DNA from: Chitinophagaceae bacterium
GTDB taxonomy: Bacteria; Bacteroidota; Bacteroidia; Chitinophagales; Chitinophagaceae
Assembly: GCA_017882215.1 (NCBI GenBank)
Contig: JADGPX010000001.1
Location: 1 to 48,080, forward strand
Direction: 5' to 3'
Length of the DNA stretch: 48,080 bases
In this document: in pieces, positions 38,910 through 47,937 of the stretch
Position numbering within the stretch: the first letter of the stretch is position 1
Layout: every line of letters starts with the position of its first letter
Program-made: the position numbers and the translations under genes
The notes under the pieces: model-generated
Told to the model about the DNA's origin: nothing
What the model saw: the letters and a program-made list of their open reading frames with translations, nothing else
Databases searched by the model: none

Positions 38910-40088
38910 ATGCAGGAAGCATATATAGTTGCCGGATTCAGAACAGCAGTTACAAAATCAAAGAAAGGTAGTTTTAGATTTTATCGTCCCGATGACCTGG
39001 CGGTTGATGTAATAAAAGGATTGATGGCAACTGTTCCGCAATTAGACAGCAAAAGAGTTGATGATCTTATTGTTGGCAACGCTGTACCAGAGGCTGAGCA
39101 AGGCTTACAGGTTGGCAGAATGATTAGCGTAAGAGCTTTGGGAATTGAAGTGCCAGGCATGACGGTGAACCGTTATTGCGCCAGTGGCTTGGAAACAATT
39201 GCTATTGCAACTGCAAAAATTCGCAGTGGACAGGCAGAATGTATTGTTGCCGGAGGAACTGAAAATATGAGCATGGTACCTACTGCCGGATGGAAAACTG
39301 TGCCGGCATATTCTGTGACTTCCGATACACCGGATTATTATTTAGGAATGGGACTTACTGCAGAAGCTGTTGCCAAAGAATATAATGTTAGCAGGGAAGC
39401 ACAGGATGAATTCAGTTATAATTCTCATAGAAAAGCAAAAGCTGCCATTGACAATGGTTATTTTAAAAATGGAATTCTGCCGATGAATGTTGAAGAAATT
39501 TATTTGGATGAAATAGGAAAAAAACAAAAAAGGAATTTTGTTGTTGATACAGATGAAGGTGTAAGAGCAGATACAACTATTGAAGCGCTTTCTAAATTAA
39601 AACCTGCATTTGCCGCAGGTGGAACAGTTACTGCAGGCAACTCTTCACAAACAAGTGACGGCGCAGCATTTGTAATTGTTATGAGTGAAAAGATGGTAAA
39701 TGAATTAGGACTAAAACCAATAGCACGTTTGGTTTCGTGTGCAAGTGCCGGTGTGCATCCACGAATTATGGGCATTGGCCCTGTAGAAGCTGTGCCAAGA
39801 GCTTTAAAGCAGGCAGGAATGAATCTTTCTCAAATCGATCTTATAGAATTGAATGAGGCTTTTGCATCGCAGGCTTTGGCTGTAATTAATAAGTTAGAAT
39901 TGAATCCTGAAATTGTAAATATAAATGGTGGCGCCATTGCATTAGGACATCCGCTGGGTTGTACAGGCACTAAACTTACTGTGCAGATCACGAATGATAT
40001 GAAGCGGTTAAATAAAAAATATGGAATAGTAACCGCCTGTGTTGGCGGCGGGCAGGGCATTGCTGGAATTATTGAGAATATTAATTAA
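38910..40088 (+). CDS. Acetyl-CoA C-acyltransferase (thiolase)
   Basis: NRYCASG, NEAFA, GGAIALGHPLG, CVGGGQG; ATG at 38910 (MQEAYIV) preferred as start. Confidence 0.95.
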   Translation: MQEAYIVAGFRTAVTKSKKGSFRFYRPDDLAVDVIKGLMATVPQLDSKRVDDLIVGNAVPEAEQGLQVGRMISVRALGIEVPGMTVNRYCASGLETIAIATAKIRSGQAECIVAGGTENMSMVPTAGWKTVPAYSVTSDTPDYYLGMGLTAEAVAKEYNVSREAQDEFSYNSHRKAKAAIDNGYFKNGILPMNVEEIYLDEIGKKQKRNFVVDTDEGVRADTTIEALSKLKPAFAAGGTVTAGNSSQTSDGAAFVIVMSEKMVNELGLKPIARLVSCASAGVHPRIMGIGPVEAVPRALKQAGMNLSQIDLIELNEAFASQALAVINKLELNPEIVNINGGAIALGHPLGCTGTKLTVQITNDMKRLNKKYGIVTACVGGGQGIAGIIENIN

Positions 40089-40225
40089 AGCTTTACTGAT
40101 AACCCAACTCCTATCAATGATTTGAATTGCATGTCGGGAGAAGTATGATTCTTTCCAAACAATTTTACATCATCATCATAAATAAGATCAACGCTCCAGC
40201 TTGCTGAAAGAATTTTTGAAAGTTT
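40085..40225 (-). pseudogene. C-terminal remnant of a DUF3078-like outer-membrane protein
   Basis: KLSKILSASWSVDLIYDDDVKLFGKNHTSPDMQFKSLIGVGLSVKL*; no start codon before an upstream in-frame TAA. Confidence 0.6.
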
Positions 40226-40280
40226 TAAAAGAATTTTGCTTAACCAGAGTAAACTGATAACTATTTTTTTATTACCTTAA

Positions 40281-40307
40281 GCAACCAAAACAAAAATATT
40301 TCGTATT
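40281..40307 (+). promoter_or_regulatory. Putative ECF sigma promoter GCAACC-N15-CGTATT
   Basis: Same hexamers and spacing recur at 42242-42268; AAC/CGT cores are typical of ECF promoters. Confidence 0.65.
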
Positions 40308-40336
40308 TATAAATAATAAATACTGTTAAACGAGCA

Positions 40337-40909
40337 ATGAGCCTGCACGAAATACTTGAAGGATGCATGCAAAATAATATCAGAGATCATAAGCATCTCT
40401 ATGAGAAATACTATGGATATAGTCTTAAGATCATTTTCAGATATATTTACAGGTACGACAAAGCAACAGATGTTGTAAATGACGGTTTTGTAAAAGTATT
40501 TAGCAAGCTGAATCAATTTCATTATGAATCATCATCTCAAAACCTGGAGATGATATTTATGGGATGGCTTAAAACCATAATGATACATACCGCTATTGAC
40601 AGGTTGAGAAAGGATAATTTTTTGCCTGAAATTGGAATGACCAATGAAGAGATCTGGATTGAAGATAAATCGCAATCCGCTGACCAGGCTTTGTTATATA
40701 AAGAACTTATTAATGAAATAAAAAAACTGCCACCGGGTTACAGGGTAGTGTTTAATATGTATGTTGTAGATGGATTTACTCACCAGGAAATAGCTAACCA
40801 GCTAAAAATAGCGGTGGGAACATCTAAATCTAATTTATCAAAAGCAAAAGCTTTATTAAGAAGTTATATTAAAAGAAATGAACTGCAAATTCAGGTATGG
40901 AACACGTAA
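40337..40909 (+). CDS. ECF RNA polymerase sigma-70 factor
   Basis: DVVNDGFVKVF, WLKTIM..AID, LPPGYRVVF..EIA..GTSKSNL. Confidence 0.92.
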   Translation: MSLHEILEGCMQNNIRDHKHLYEKYYGYSLKIIFRYIYRYDKATDVVNDGFVKVFSKLNQFHYESSSQNLEMIFMGWLKTIMIHTAIDRLRKDNFLPEIGMTNEEIWIEDKSQSADQALLYKELINEIKKLPPGYRVVFNMYVVDGFTHQEIANQLKIAVGTSKSNLSKAKALLRSYIKRNELQIQVWNT

Positions 40910-42174
40910 ACGACGATATGGACGAATTATTCAGGAGAGCGGCAGAAGGTTATCCGCTAAATACGGATAGCGCTGATTGGAATGCTGTAGTTAAAAAATT
41001 ATCAGTTGAGAAACCCGTAAATACTGACAGAGGTTCTTCAAAAAATAAAAATTACAGACACTTGTTGTGGCTTTTATTATTACTGCCGGCAGTATGGGTT
41101 TATGATAATTATTCTTTTCGTAAAAGCGGCAGCAACGCTGTAAATATTTCAGCAAAAAATCCCGCAAATAAAAATTTAGCAAATGCCGAACAATCTAAAA
41201 ACATAAATTCTGAAAAATCAGTACAGCCAATACAACCAAAGAATCTGACACCTGTAAATTTCTCCGGTAATGGAAGTAATATTAAAAATCCGAGATTAAA
41301 TTATACGACCGTTGTAGCTAACAATAGCTCACCTGTACAAAATGTTTTATCCATTTCTGTAAGAACACCAAATAATAAACCTGATAAAAAAGAAATGGAA
41401 TCAATATTACCTGTAAATAATAATGGTGAACCAGATGATATTAAAAACGGGAATAAAAAAACAACAGCGATTGAAATAAATAATGATAAAAAAGAATTTA
41501 ACAGGGTTGATCCATCTGTAAATAACAATCAGGATGCTGTACAAAAACAAATTAATAAAAAGCAGAAACAGAAACAGAAACAGAAACAGAAAGGGTTATA
41601 TGCCGGTATAATTATAAGTCCGGATATAAGTACAGTTAAGTTTCAGTCTGTAAAAAATGTAGGTGTAACTTTTGGTTTGGTGATTGGATACCAGTTAAAT
41701 AAGAAAATAAGTGTGGAATCAGGTGTAGCGTGGGATAAGAAATTTTATTATAGTGAAGGCAAATACTTTAGTACAAAAAGAGTTTATACCAATGCACAAA
41801 TAAAAAATGTAGATGGCTTGTGTGAGATGATAGAAATACCTTTTTTGTTAAAGTATAATTTTAAATCATTGGGTAAAACCAATTTTTCTGCTTCAGCAGG
41901 CTGGTCTTCATATTTTATGAAAAACGAAAAGTATGATTTTACAATTGACAATAACGGACAGCAATATCAAAATTCTTCAACTTACAAAAACTCTTCAACT
42001 AACTTACTGGCTGTTGCAAATTTTAGTGTCGGATATAATCGGGCGCTTAGGCAAAATATTACGCTTCGCATCGAACCTTATATAAAAATTCCTCTTAAAG
42101 GAGTGGGTATTGGAAGTTTACCAATTATGAGTACCGGTTTAAATATCGGGATAACAAAAAAATTATCCAGGTAA
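40897..42174 (+). CDS. ECF-associated protein: N-terminal TM, low-complexity linker, C-terminal outer-membrane beta-barrel (PorT-like)
   Basis: Overlaps the sigma gene; TM segment LLWLLLLLPAVWV; alternating beta-strand C-terminus (IEIPF, LRIEPY, GLNIGI). Confidence 0.7.
   Translation: MEHVNDDMDELFRRAAEGYPLNTDSADWNAVVKKLSVEKPVNTDRGSSKNKNYRHLLWLLLLLPAVWVYDNYSFRKSGSNAVNISAKNPANKNLANAEQSKNINSEKSVQPIQPKNLTPVNFSGNGSNIKNPRLNYTTVVANNSSPVQNVLSISVRTPNNKPDKKEMESILPVNNNGEPDDIKNGNKKTTAIEINNDKKEFNRVDPSVNNNQDAVQKQINKKQKQKQKQKQKGLYAGIIISPDISTVKFQSVKNVGVTFGLVIGYQLNKKISVESGVAWDKKFYYSEGKYFSTKRVYTNAQIKNVDGLCEMIEIPFLLKYNFKSLGKTNFSASAGWSSYFMKNEKYDFTIDNNGQQYQNSSTYKNSSTNLLAVANFSVGYNRALRQNITLRIEPYIKIPLKGVGIGSLPIMSTGLNIGITKKLSR
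41563..41592 (+). repeat. (CAGAAA)5 in-frame microsatellite
   Basis: Encodes QKQKQKQKQK. Confidence 0.9.
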
Positions 42175-42241
42175 AAACATCAGCCCGTAAGCCTTAATTT
42201 TTTTACATTATTTTTTATCTGATCATTTTAATTCTTTACAG

Positions 42242-42268
42242 GCAACCCTCTGCTCTCATATCCGTATT
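42242..42268 (+). promoter_or_regulatory. Putative ECF sigma promoter GCAACC-N15-CGTATT
   Basis: Matches 40281-40307. Confidence 0.65.
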
Positions 42269-42325
42269 AAATAGTGATAATACAGATTTAAAAAAAATTA
42301 TTTAAAAAAAATTAAAACAGTGTTT

Positions 42326-42712
42326 ATGAAAAGTAAAAACATTTTATCAGCTTTTATCTTTTGTTTCTTATTTAGTATAGCTATTGATTCCTGCAGTAAA
42401 TCCGGCGCTACAGGCGGAACTTATGGAACAGGTGGCACCGGAGGTACAGTGGGCGTAGGTGGAACTACTGTTAACATAAGTGGTATGAGCTTTTCTCCTT
42501 TCTCTATTACTGTTAAAGTTGGTATAACCGTTAAATGGACGAATAATGATAATACTACACATACAGTAACATCAGATGATGGAACTACATTTAACAGCGG
42601 CAATGTAGCCACTGGAGGTTCTTTCAGTTTTACACCAACCGTAGCGGGCAATTTCCCATACCATTGTAATATTCATACTGGTATGACAGGAACATTGGTG
42701 GTTACTAACTAA
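42326..42712 (+). CDS. Cupredoxin (plastocyanin/amicyanin-like) lipoprotein
   Basis: Lipobox-like IDSC, Gly/Thr linker, type-1 copper ligands WTNND..HTV and YHCNIHTGM. Confidence 0.88.
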   Translation: MKSKNILSAFIFCFLFSIAIDSCSKSGATGGTYGTGGTGGTVGVGGTTVNISGMSFSPFSITVKVGITVKWTNNDNTTHTVTSDDGTTFNSGNVATGGSFSFTPTVAGNFPYHCNIHTGMTGTLVVTN

Positions 42713-42784
42713 TTATCATTTAAAAATATCTACCTGTATAGAGAATCATCTTATACATTTAAATTTAAAAGCAGGGTTTTTAAT

Positions 42785-43048
42785 TTAAGTTTTCAAGATA
42801 TTTAATTCAAAGTCCAATTGATTTTGAATTTTCTTTGCTTCTTTTAAACGATTGTATAATAATTTGCCACCGGTGCTTAAGTGAATAGTGTTGCCTTTTC
42901 TTTCAAACAATGTGGTTTTATAAAATCCCTCTAATGCTTTAATGTGCTTACTGATAGCGGGTTGGCTTATAAATAATATTTCACTTGCTTTAGAAAAACT
43001 AAGATTTGCTGCCACTTCCATAAATATTTCATGACGTGTAGAAAGTAT
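42785..43048 (-). pseudogene. Truncated LysR-family regulator (HTH only; start codon apparently ATG>ATA)
   Basis: (I)LSTRHEIFMEVAANLSFSKASEILFISQPAISKHIKALE...LFER; stops after about 87 codons with no effector domain. Confidence 0.7.
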
Positions 43049-43290
43049 ATTAATATTTTGATTTATTATTTTTCTTATTTATTTCCAACTTCATTATAAA
43101 TATACAAAACGAAAGCCGGGATATTAGGTTAAACATTTACCAAAGAAGTGTCGCTAAACTATAATCTATTAATCGTATAATTTCTGTAAGGAAAAACCTT
43201 ATTAACATTTCTGTTATTGCTTATAAATTTACATTCGCAACCTTGTTTCGTATCCTTTTGTTACATTTACAATAACTGATATAAAATCTT

Positions 43291-43626
43291 TTGTTTAGAT
43301 CTGTTTGCATAATAAGATTTCTTTCCGGCTTACTGCTGATTGTTTTTGCATTAAGCATTACTCCCAAAAGATTTCTGCACAATCTGTTTGCAAAACATAT
43401 TGATATAACCTCTAAAAAAAGAAATGATATACCTTTTCAGCTAAGTAAATCAGGTTACAATTGTGATTGCGATAATCTTGTAGCAGAATCAACTTTTGTA
43501 AGTGATCAGCATATATTTTCTTTTCCCTTATTCACTTCTTTTTCTGCTTATATTTTTAAGGAGATATCTTTTTGTTCCATCTCTAAAATTTACTATCCGC
43601 TTCGTGGTCCGCCGGTAAATATTTAG
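43291..43626 (+). CDS. DUF2946-like leader protein ending in RGPP (candidate arrest peptide)
   Basis: N-terminal TM, His pair (HNLFAKH), CDC, C-terminal LRGPP; first gene of a metal-uptake operon. Confidence 0.7.
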   Translation: MFRSVCIIRFLSGLLLIVFALSITPKRFLHNLFAKHIDITSKKRNDIPFQLSKSGYNCDCDNLVAESTFVSDQHIFSFPLFTSFSAYIFKEISFCSISKIYYPLRGPPVNI

Positions 43627-43689
43627 TTTAATAAAGATGTTGTAAAAACATCTGCTGTAATGTATTTTTTATTATGCTAAATTTTCCCC

Positions 43690-44844
43690 GTGAACTTACA
43701 ATTCGGACCCAAAAAAATAATTCCTGTTATTGTGTTGTTATCAGCAATTATTTTTAGCAATAAAACTGTTGCGCAAACTGACAGCACAGCTACAGATTCT
43801 GTTCTGCTTAAACAGATCGAGCAACAAATGCAAACAAATACCGAAGTGGCTCCCCAGCAAACCCGTTCCGGTATTTCATCTAATCCTGATATAGGTGTAG
43901 TTGCTGATTTTCGGGCATCCTATATTAGCCAGGGCAAAAAGAATTTTGATGCTTATCTTAATGAAACAGAAATTTCATTTCAATCTGTTGTTGATCCCTA
44001 TATCAGGGCAGATTTTTTTCTAACTTTCGGAAGAGATCCTGTCACAAACAAGTATGGTGCAGCAGTGGAAGAAGGTTATCTCACTACACTTTCGCTTCCT
44101 GCAAAATTGCAGTTGAAAGTGGGAAAGTTTAGAGAAGCTGTGGGTAGGATAAATCCCACACACCCTCATGCCTTACCTTTTATTGATTTGCCAAATGCTT
44201 TTGTAAATTATTTTGGTGAAGAAGGCTTGAATGATGAAGGCGCTTCGCTTAGCTGGCTTTTGCCTACCAAATTTTATTCGGAGCTGATTTTTCAGGCCAC
44301 TTCCGGAGCTTCTGAATCACCAAGCTTTTATCGTGGGGATAATAACCGTTTTATTTATCTCGGACATCTTAAAAACTTTTTTACATTAAGTGATAATACA
44401 ACATTGGAATTTGGTTTAAGCGGTATTACAGGACCTAATGATTCTTCCAGCACAACTAACATTGGAGCAATTGATTTAACATACAAATGGAAGCCCGTTC
44501 AATTAAATACTTACAAATCCCTTACCTGGCAAAGTGAATTTTTTTACAGCAATGCAAAATATTCTGCAAATAAAATGTCTAACTCTTTTGGGCTTTATTC
44601 TTTTTTAGAATATCAAATTGCTAAGCGCTGGTTTTTAACAGGGAGATATGATTATGCACAAAAACCTTATAACAAAAATATCGTAGAACAGGCGTATTCG
44701 TTAAGTGCAGGCTGGCTGGCAACTGAATTTCAAAAAATAGAATTTGAAGGTAAAGTAACCAATGTTAATATTCAATCGGGTTTCAACCAGTTTTGGCTGC
44801 GTTGGATATTTGTAATTGGCGCACATGGTGCACATCAATATTAA
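43690..44844 (+). CDS. Outer-membrane beta-barrel protein of metal-uptake operons
   Basis: Signal peptide, NPDIGV, VDPY, VEEGY, THPHALPF, C-terminal IGAHGAHQY. Confidence 0.75.
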   Translation: MNLQFGPKKIIPVIVLLSAIIFSNKTVAQTDSTATDSVLLKQIEQQMQTNTEVAPQQTRSGISSNPDIGVVADFRASYISQGKKNFDAYLNETEISFQSVVDPYIRADFFLTFGRDPVTNKYGAAVEEGYLTTLSLPAKLQLKVGKFREAVGRINPTHPHALPFIDLPNAFVNYFGEEGLNDEGASLSWLLPTKFYSELIFQATSGASESPSFYRGDNNRFIYLGHLKNFFTLSDNTTLEFGLSGITGPNDSSSTTNIGAIDLTYKWKPVQLNTYKSLTWQSEFFYSNAKYSANKMSNSFGLYSFLEYQIAKRWFLTGRYDYAQKPYNKNIVEQAYSLSAGWLATEFQKIEFEGKVTNVNIQSGFNQFWLRWIFVIGAHGAHQY

Positions 44845-44882
44845 AAAACTATTAAATAAATAATTTAAAAGATCAAAAAATC

Positions 44883-45785
44883 ATGAAAAAAATAATTTCA
44901 ATTTTCTCATTACTGCTCATAATTATTTCAGGTGCTAATGCTGGTTCTATAAAAGTAGTTACCACAACTATGGATATGAAGAGCATTACAGAAATGATTG
45001 GCGGCAATAAGGTTTCAGTGCAAACCATAGCAACGGGTTATCAAAATCCGCACTTTGTTGATCCGAAGCCCAGTTATATAATCAGCCTTTCAAATGCAGA
45101 TCTTTTTGTAACGGTAGGGCTTGATCTTGAAACCGGATGGTCGCCTCAATTGCTTTCCAGTTCAAGAAATTCCAAAATTCAAAAAGGATCGCCTGGTTAT
45201 GTAGATGCATCAGAAGGTGTAGGTTTGTTACAGGTTCCTTCTTCTGTTAACAGGGGTGAAGGCGATATTCATATTTATGGAAACCCGCACTACTGGCTTG
45301 ATCCATTGAATGGAAAAGTTATTGCAAGAAATATTGCCAGTGGACTGGAACGTATTGATCCTGCAAATAAAGATTTTTATGAAGCTAACCTTCACGCTTT
45401 TTTTGCAAAGATTGATTTGAAATTAAAAGAGTGGGATGCTAAAATGGCGCCATTTAAAGGAAGTAAAATTATTGCTTATCACAATGAATGGGTTTATTTT
45501 GAAAGAAGGTTTGGTTTGCAGATAGTAGACTTTATGGAACCGAAGCCGGGTATTCCCCCATCTCCATCTCAATTAGTGAAAGTGATAAAAGAAGTAACAG
45601 CTAATAAGATCAAGGTAATTATTTCATCACCCTACTTTACTACTTCATCGTCAGATGTGGTTGCAAAGCAAACCGGCGTAAAAGAATTAACGCTTGCCAC
45701 TTCAGTTGGTGCATTTAGCAGCATCAAAAATTATTTTGATCTGTTTGATTACGACGTTGATCAGTTAACAGCTGTGCTTAAATAA
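44883..45785 (+). CDS. Zn/Mn ABC substrate-binding protein (ZnuA/cluster A-I)
   Basis: NPHFVDPKP, GNPHYWLDP, AYHNEW, EPKPGIPPS. Confidence 0.9.
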   Translation: MKKIISIFSLLLIIISGANAGSIKVVTTTMDMKSITEMIGGNKVSVQTIATGYQNPHFVDPKPSYIISLSNADLFVTVGLDLETGWSPQLLSSSRNSKIQKGSPGYVDASEGVGLLQVPSSVNRGEGDIHIYGNPHYWLDPLNGKVIARNIASGLERIDPANKDFYEANLHAFFAKIDLKLKEWDAKMAPFKGSKIIAYHNEWVYFERRFGLQIVDFMEPKPGIPPSPSQLVKVIKEVTANKIKVIISSPYFTTSSSDVVAKQTGVKELTLATSVGAFSSIKNYFDLFDYDVDQLTAVLK

Positions 45786-45828
45786 TGATAACATCTTTTG
45801 TTTAAATTAGAATTTAAAACTGTTTATT

Positions 45829-46671
45829 ATGTTTGATATGTTTCAATTGCCGTTTATGGTGCAAGCCTTTACAGCTGCGGTTATCACCGGGATTCTGTTA
45901 TCTTATTTAGGCGTTCATGTTGTGGGCAGAGGAATTGTTTTTGTTGATCTTGCACTTGGTCAAATATCATCTTTGGGAGTGGCATTTGCGGCATTTATTG
46001 GTACGGGATTAACTTCAATTCCGTTGATATTTACTTTATCCGGAGCATTGTTAATGTCTTTTATAAATATTAAAGATAAGCGGCTGAAGCAGGAGGCGAT
46101 AATTGGAATTCTGTATGCTTTTACATCTGCTCTTACGGTCTTGTTTATTTCAAAAACAGCTCATGGCGATTCTGATATTCAGGAAGTGCTTTTTGGGAAT
46201 ATCTTATCAGTAAACTGGGAGCAAATTAAAACTGTAGGGATTGTGTTTGGAATTATATTATTGGTTCAAATAGTTTTCTTTAAGAAATTTTTCTCATTAA
46301 CTGAATCATTTGAGAATGGTGTAAATCATCTTGTAGGCATCTTCAATATCTGGAATTTTTTATTTTATATTTCCATTGGATTGGCTATTGTTTTTGCGGT
46401 TAAAATCAACGGAGTAATTCCTGTTTTTTCATACCTTATTATTCCGGCGGTTTCAGCAATTATGTTGACAAAAAATAAAGCAGCGGTATTAATTATTGCA
46501 ATTATTATCAGCGTACTCGGCGGATTTTTTGGATTGAACTTTTCTTTCCATTATGATTTTCCTGCAGGCTCCTCCATAGTTGTTGTGCTTGGTGGAATAT
46601 TTATTTTGGCATCAGTTTACAGGATCATTAGTGGCATCACCAATAAAAAGCAAACAGAAAATATACATTGA
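45829..46671 (+). CDS. Zn/Mn ABC permease (ABC-3/ZnuB family)
   Basis: LGVHVVGRGIVFVDLAL, LFGNIL, LIIPA, multiple TM helices. Confidence 0.88.
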   Translation: MFDMFQLPFMVQAFTAAVITGILLSYLGVHVVGRGIVFVDLALGQISSLGVAFAAFIGTGLTSIPLIFTLSGALLMSFINIKDKRLKQEAIIGILYAFTSALTVLFISKTAHGDSDIQEVLFGNILSVNWEQIKTVGIVFGIILLVQIVFFKKFFSLTESFENGVNHLVGIFNIWNFLFYISIGLAIVFAVKINGVIPVFSYLIIPAVSAIMLTKNKAAVLIIAIIISVLGGFFGLNFSFHYDFPAGSSIVVVLGGIFILASVYRIISGITNKKQTENIH

Positions 46672-46686
46672 TCAGAAATAACACAA

Positions 46687-46812
46687 TTATCTCCAAGTAT
46701 TGATTAATGCAGCTTTGTAGATAAGCACAGGTAAGTCACTGTTTGGAAATTGTCCATCATCCTTAAGTACCTGCTTAATAATTTGCGACTTCTTATTTAT
46801 TGAAAATTCCAT
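46687..46812 (-). pseudogene. Remnant of a YjlB-type cupin
   Basis: MEFSINKKSQIIKQVLKDDGQFPNSDLPVLIYKAALINTWR*; the DDG.FPN..LPVL.Y N-terminus is typical of that family. Confidence 0.55.
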
Positions 46813-46881
46813 TGTATTTTTTTATTTTACGCATCAGGATTTATGCCTTACAGTGAAAATAATGTTGTGTAATTTTATTGC

Positions 46882-47337
46882 ATGATAGAAATTTCCATTA
46901 ATACACCTGCGTTATTATTTCCTGCAATAACATTGCTGATGCTGGCTTATACAAATCGCTTTTTAGCAATAGCCAACAGGATAAGAAGCTTGCATAAAAG
47001 CTATGCTGAAATGCAAATAAAGCATACTGCCATAAAGCAAATAAAAAGCCTGCGGGCAAGATTAAACCTGATAAAATATATGCAAGGCCTTGGTGCGCTG
47101 AGTTTTTTTTGCTGTGTACTAGCCATGTATTTTATTTACAGAAGATGGATGCATGCTGCTAATATTATTTTTGCTGCCAGTATGATGACATTGCTTGGCT
47201 CTATTGTTCTTTCCTTTATTGAAATTCAGCAAAGCACAAAAGCGCTGGAACTTGAGTTAAGTGATATGGAAGAATTGGGGAGAGCAAATATTTTTACAGA
47301 TATGTTCTATACTAAAGAAGAACAAAAAGATCAATAA
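46882..47337 (+). CDS. DUF2721 family membrane protein
   Basis: TPALLFPAITLLMLAYTNRFLA...EIQQSTKAL. Confidence 0.8.
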   Translation: MIEISINTPALLFPAITLLMLAYTNRFLAIANRIRSLHKSYAEMQIKHTAIKQIKSLRARLNLIKYMQGLGALSFFCCVLAMYFIYRRWMHAANIIFAASMMTLLGSIVLSFIEIQQSTKALELELSDMEELGRANIFTDMFYTKEEQKDQ

Positions 47338-47358
47338 AGTAAAAAATTCTGCGATCAA

Positions 47359-47808
47359 TTATTCTTCATTGATATGAAGTTCTCCGGACTGAACATTCTC
47401 ATAATTTTCATGATACGTAATAAAGAAGTAGATATAAACTGCCCTGCTTAACCGCATTAGCCATGGCTGCAAAACAATTATCACAATTGTATTAAAGATA
47501 AGCCAGTAAAAGATCCTGTTGTCATCTGTTGATATCCCAATTGCCATCCACCAGGCAACAAAAGTAATTCCTGATAAAAGGACAGTTAATGCATAACTAA
47601 CGTAACCGGTACCATACCAAAAGCCAACCTCGAGATTAAATTTTTGTTTGCATACAGGGCACGCTTCAGGCATCTCAAGAATATATGAAAGCTTTAATTT
47701 TTTATAAGGATTTTTATGTGTGAACATATCGCCTTGCCTGCATCGTGGGCAACGCATGGTTAATATGCTCCAGAAAAAATTGGGTTTAGGTTTTGTTTGA
47801 ATGGTCAT
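47359..47808 (-). CDS. DUF983 family protein
   Basis: RCPRCRQG..CPVC..EVGFWYGTGYVSY plus two TM helices; TATCTTTG promoter at 47814-47821. Confidence 0.8.
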   Translation of the reverse strand: MTIQTKPKPNFFWSILTMRCPRCRQGDMFTHKNPYKKLKLSYILEMPEACPVCKQKFNLEVGFWYGTGYVSYALTVLLSGITFVAWWMAIGISTDDNRIFYWLIFNTIVIIVLQPWLMRLSRAVYIYFFITYHENYENVQSGELHINEE

Positions 47809-47937
47809 TTGCGCAAAGATAGTTAAGATGTCAGCGAATGATAATCTGTTAAGTTATTAAGTAGTAGTCATTGAAACGCTTATTCTTCTGCGTTGAAACT
47901 ACCGCTGTAATGAATACTTAAACCCATGATATAAATT

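Noticed and set aside
330-42651. Numerous short ORF-track entries overlapping or antisense to real genes (e.g. 330-527, 5064-5447, 14093-14461, 32446-32814) and spacer ORFs (9226-9414, 11085-11270, 33722-33940)
   Set aside because: Shadow frames of well-supported genes or translations of repeat-rich spacers, with no motifs.
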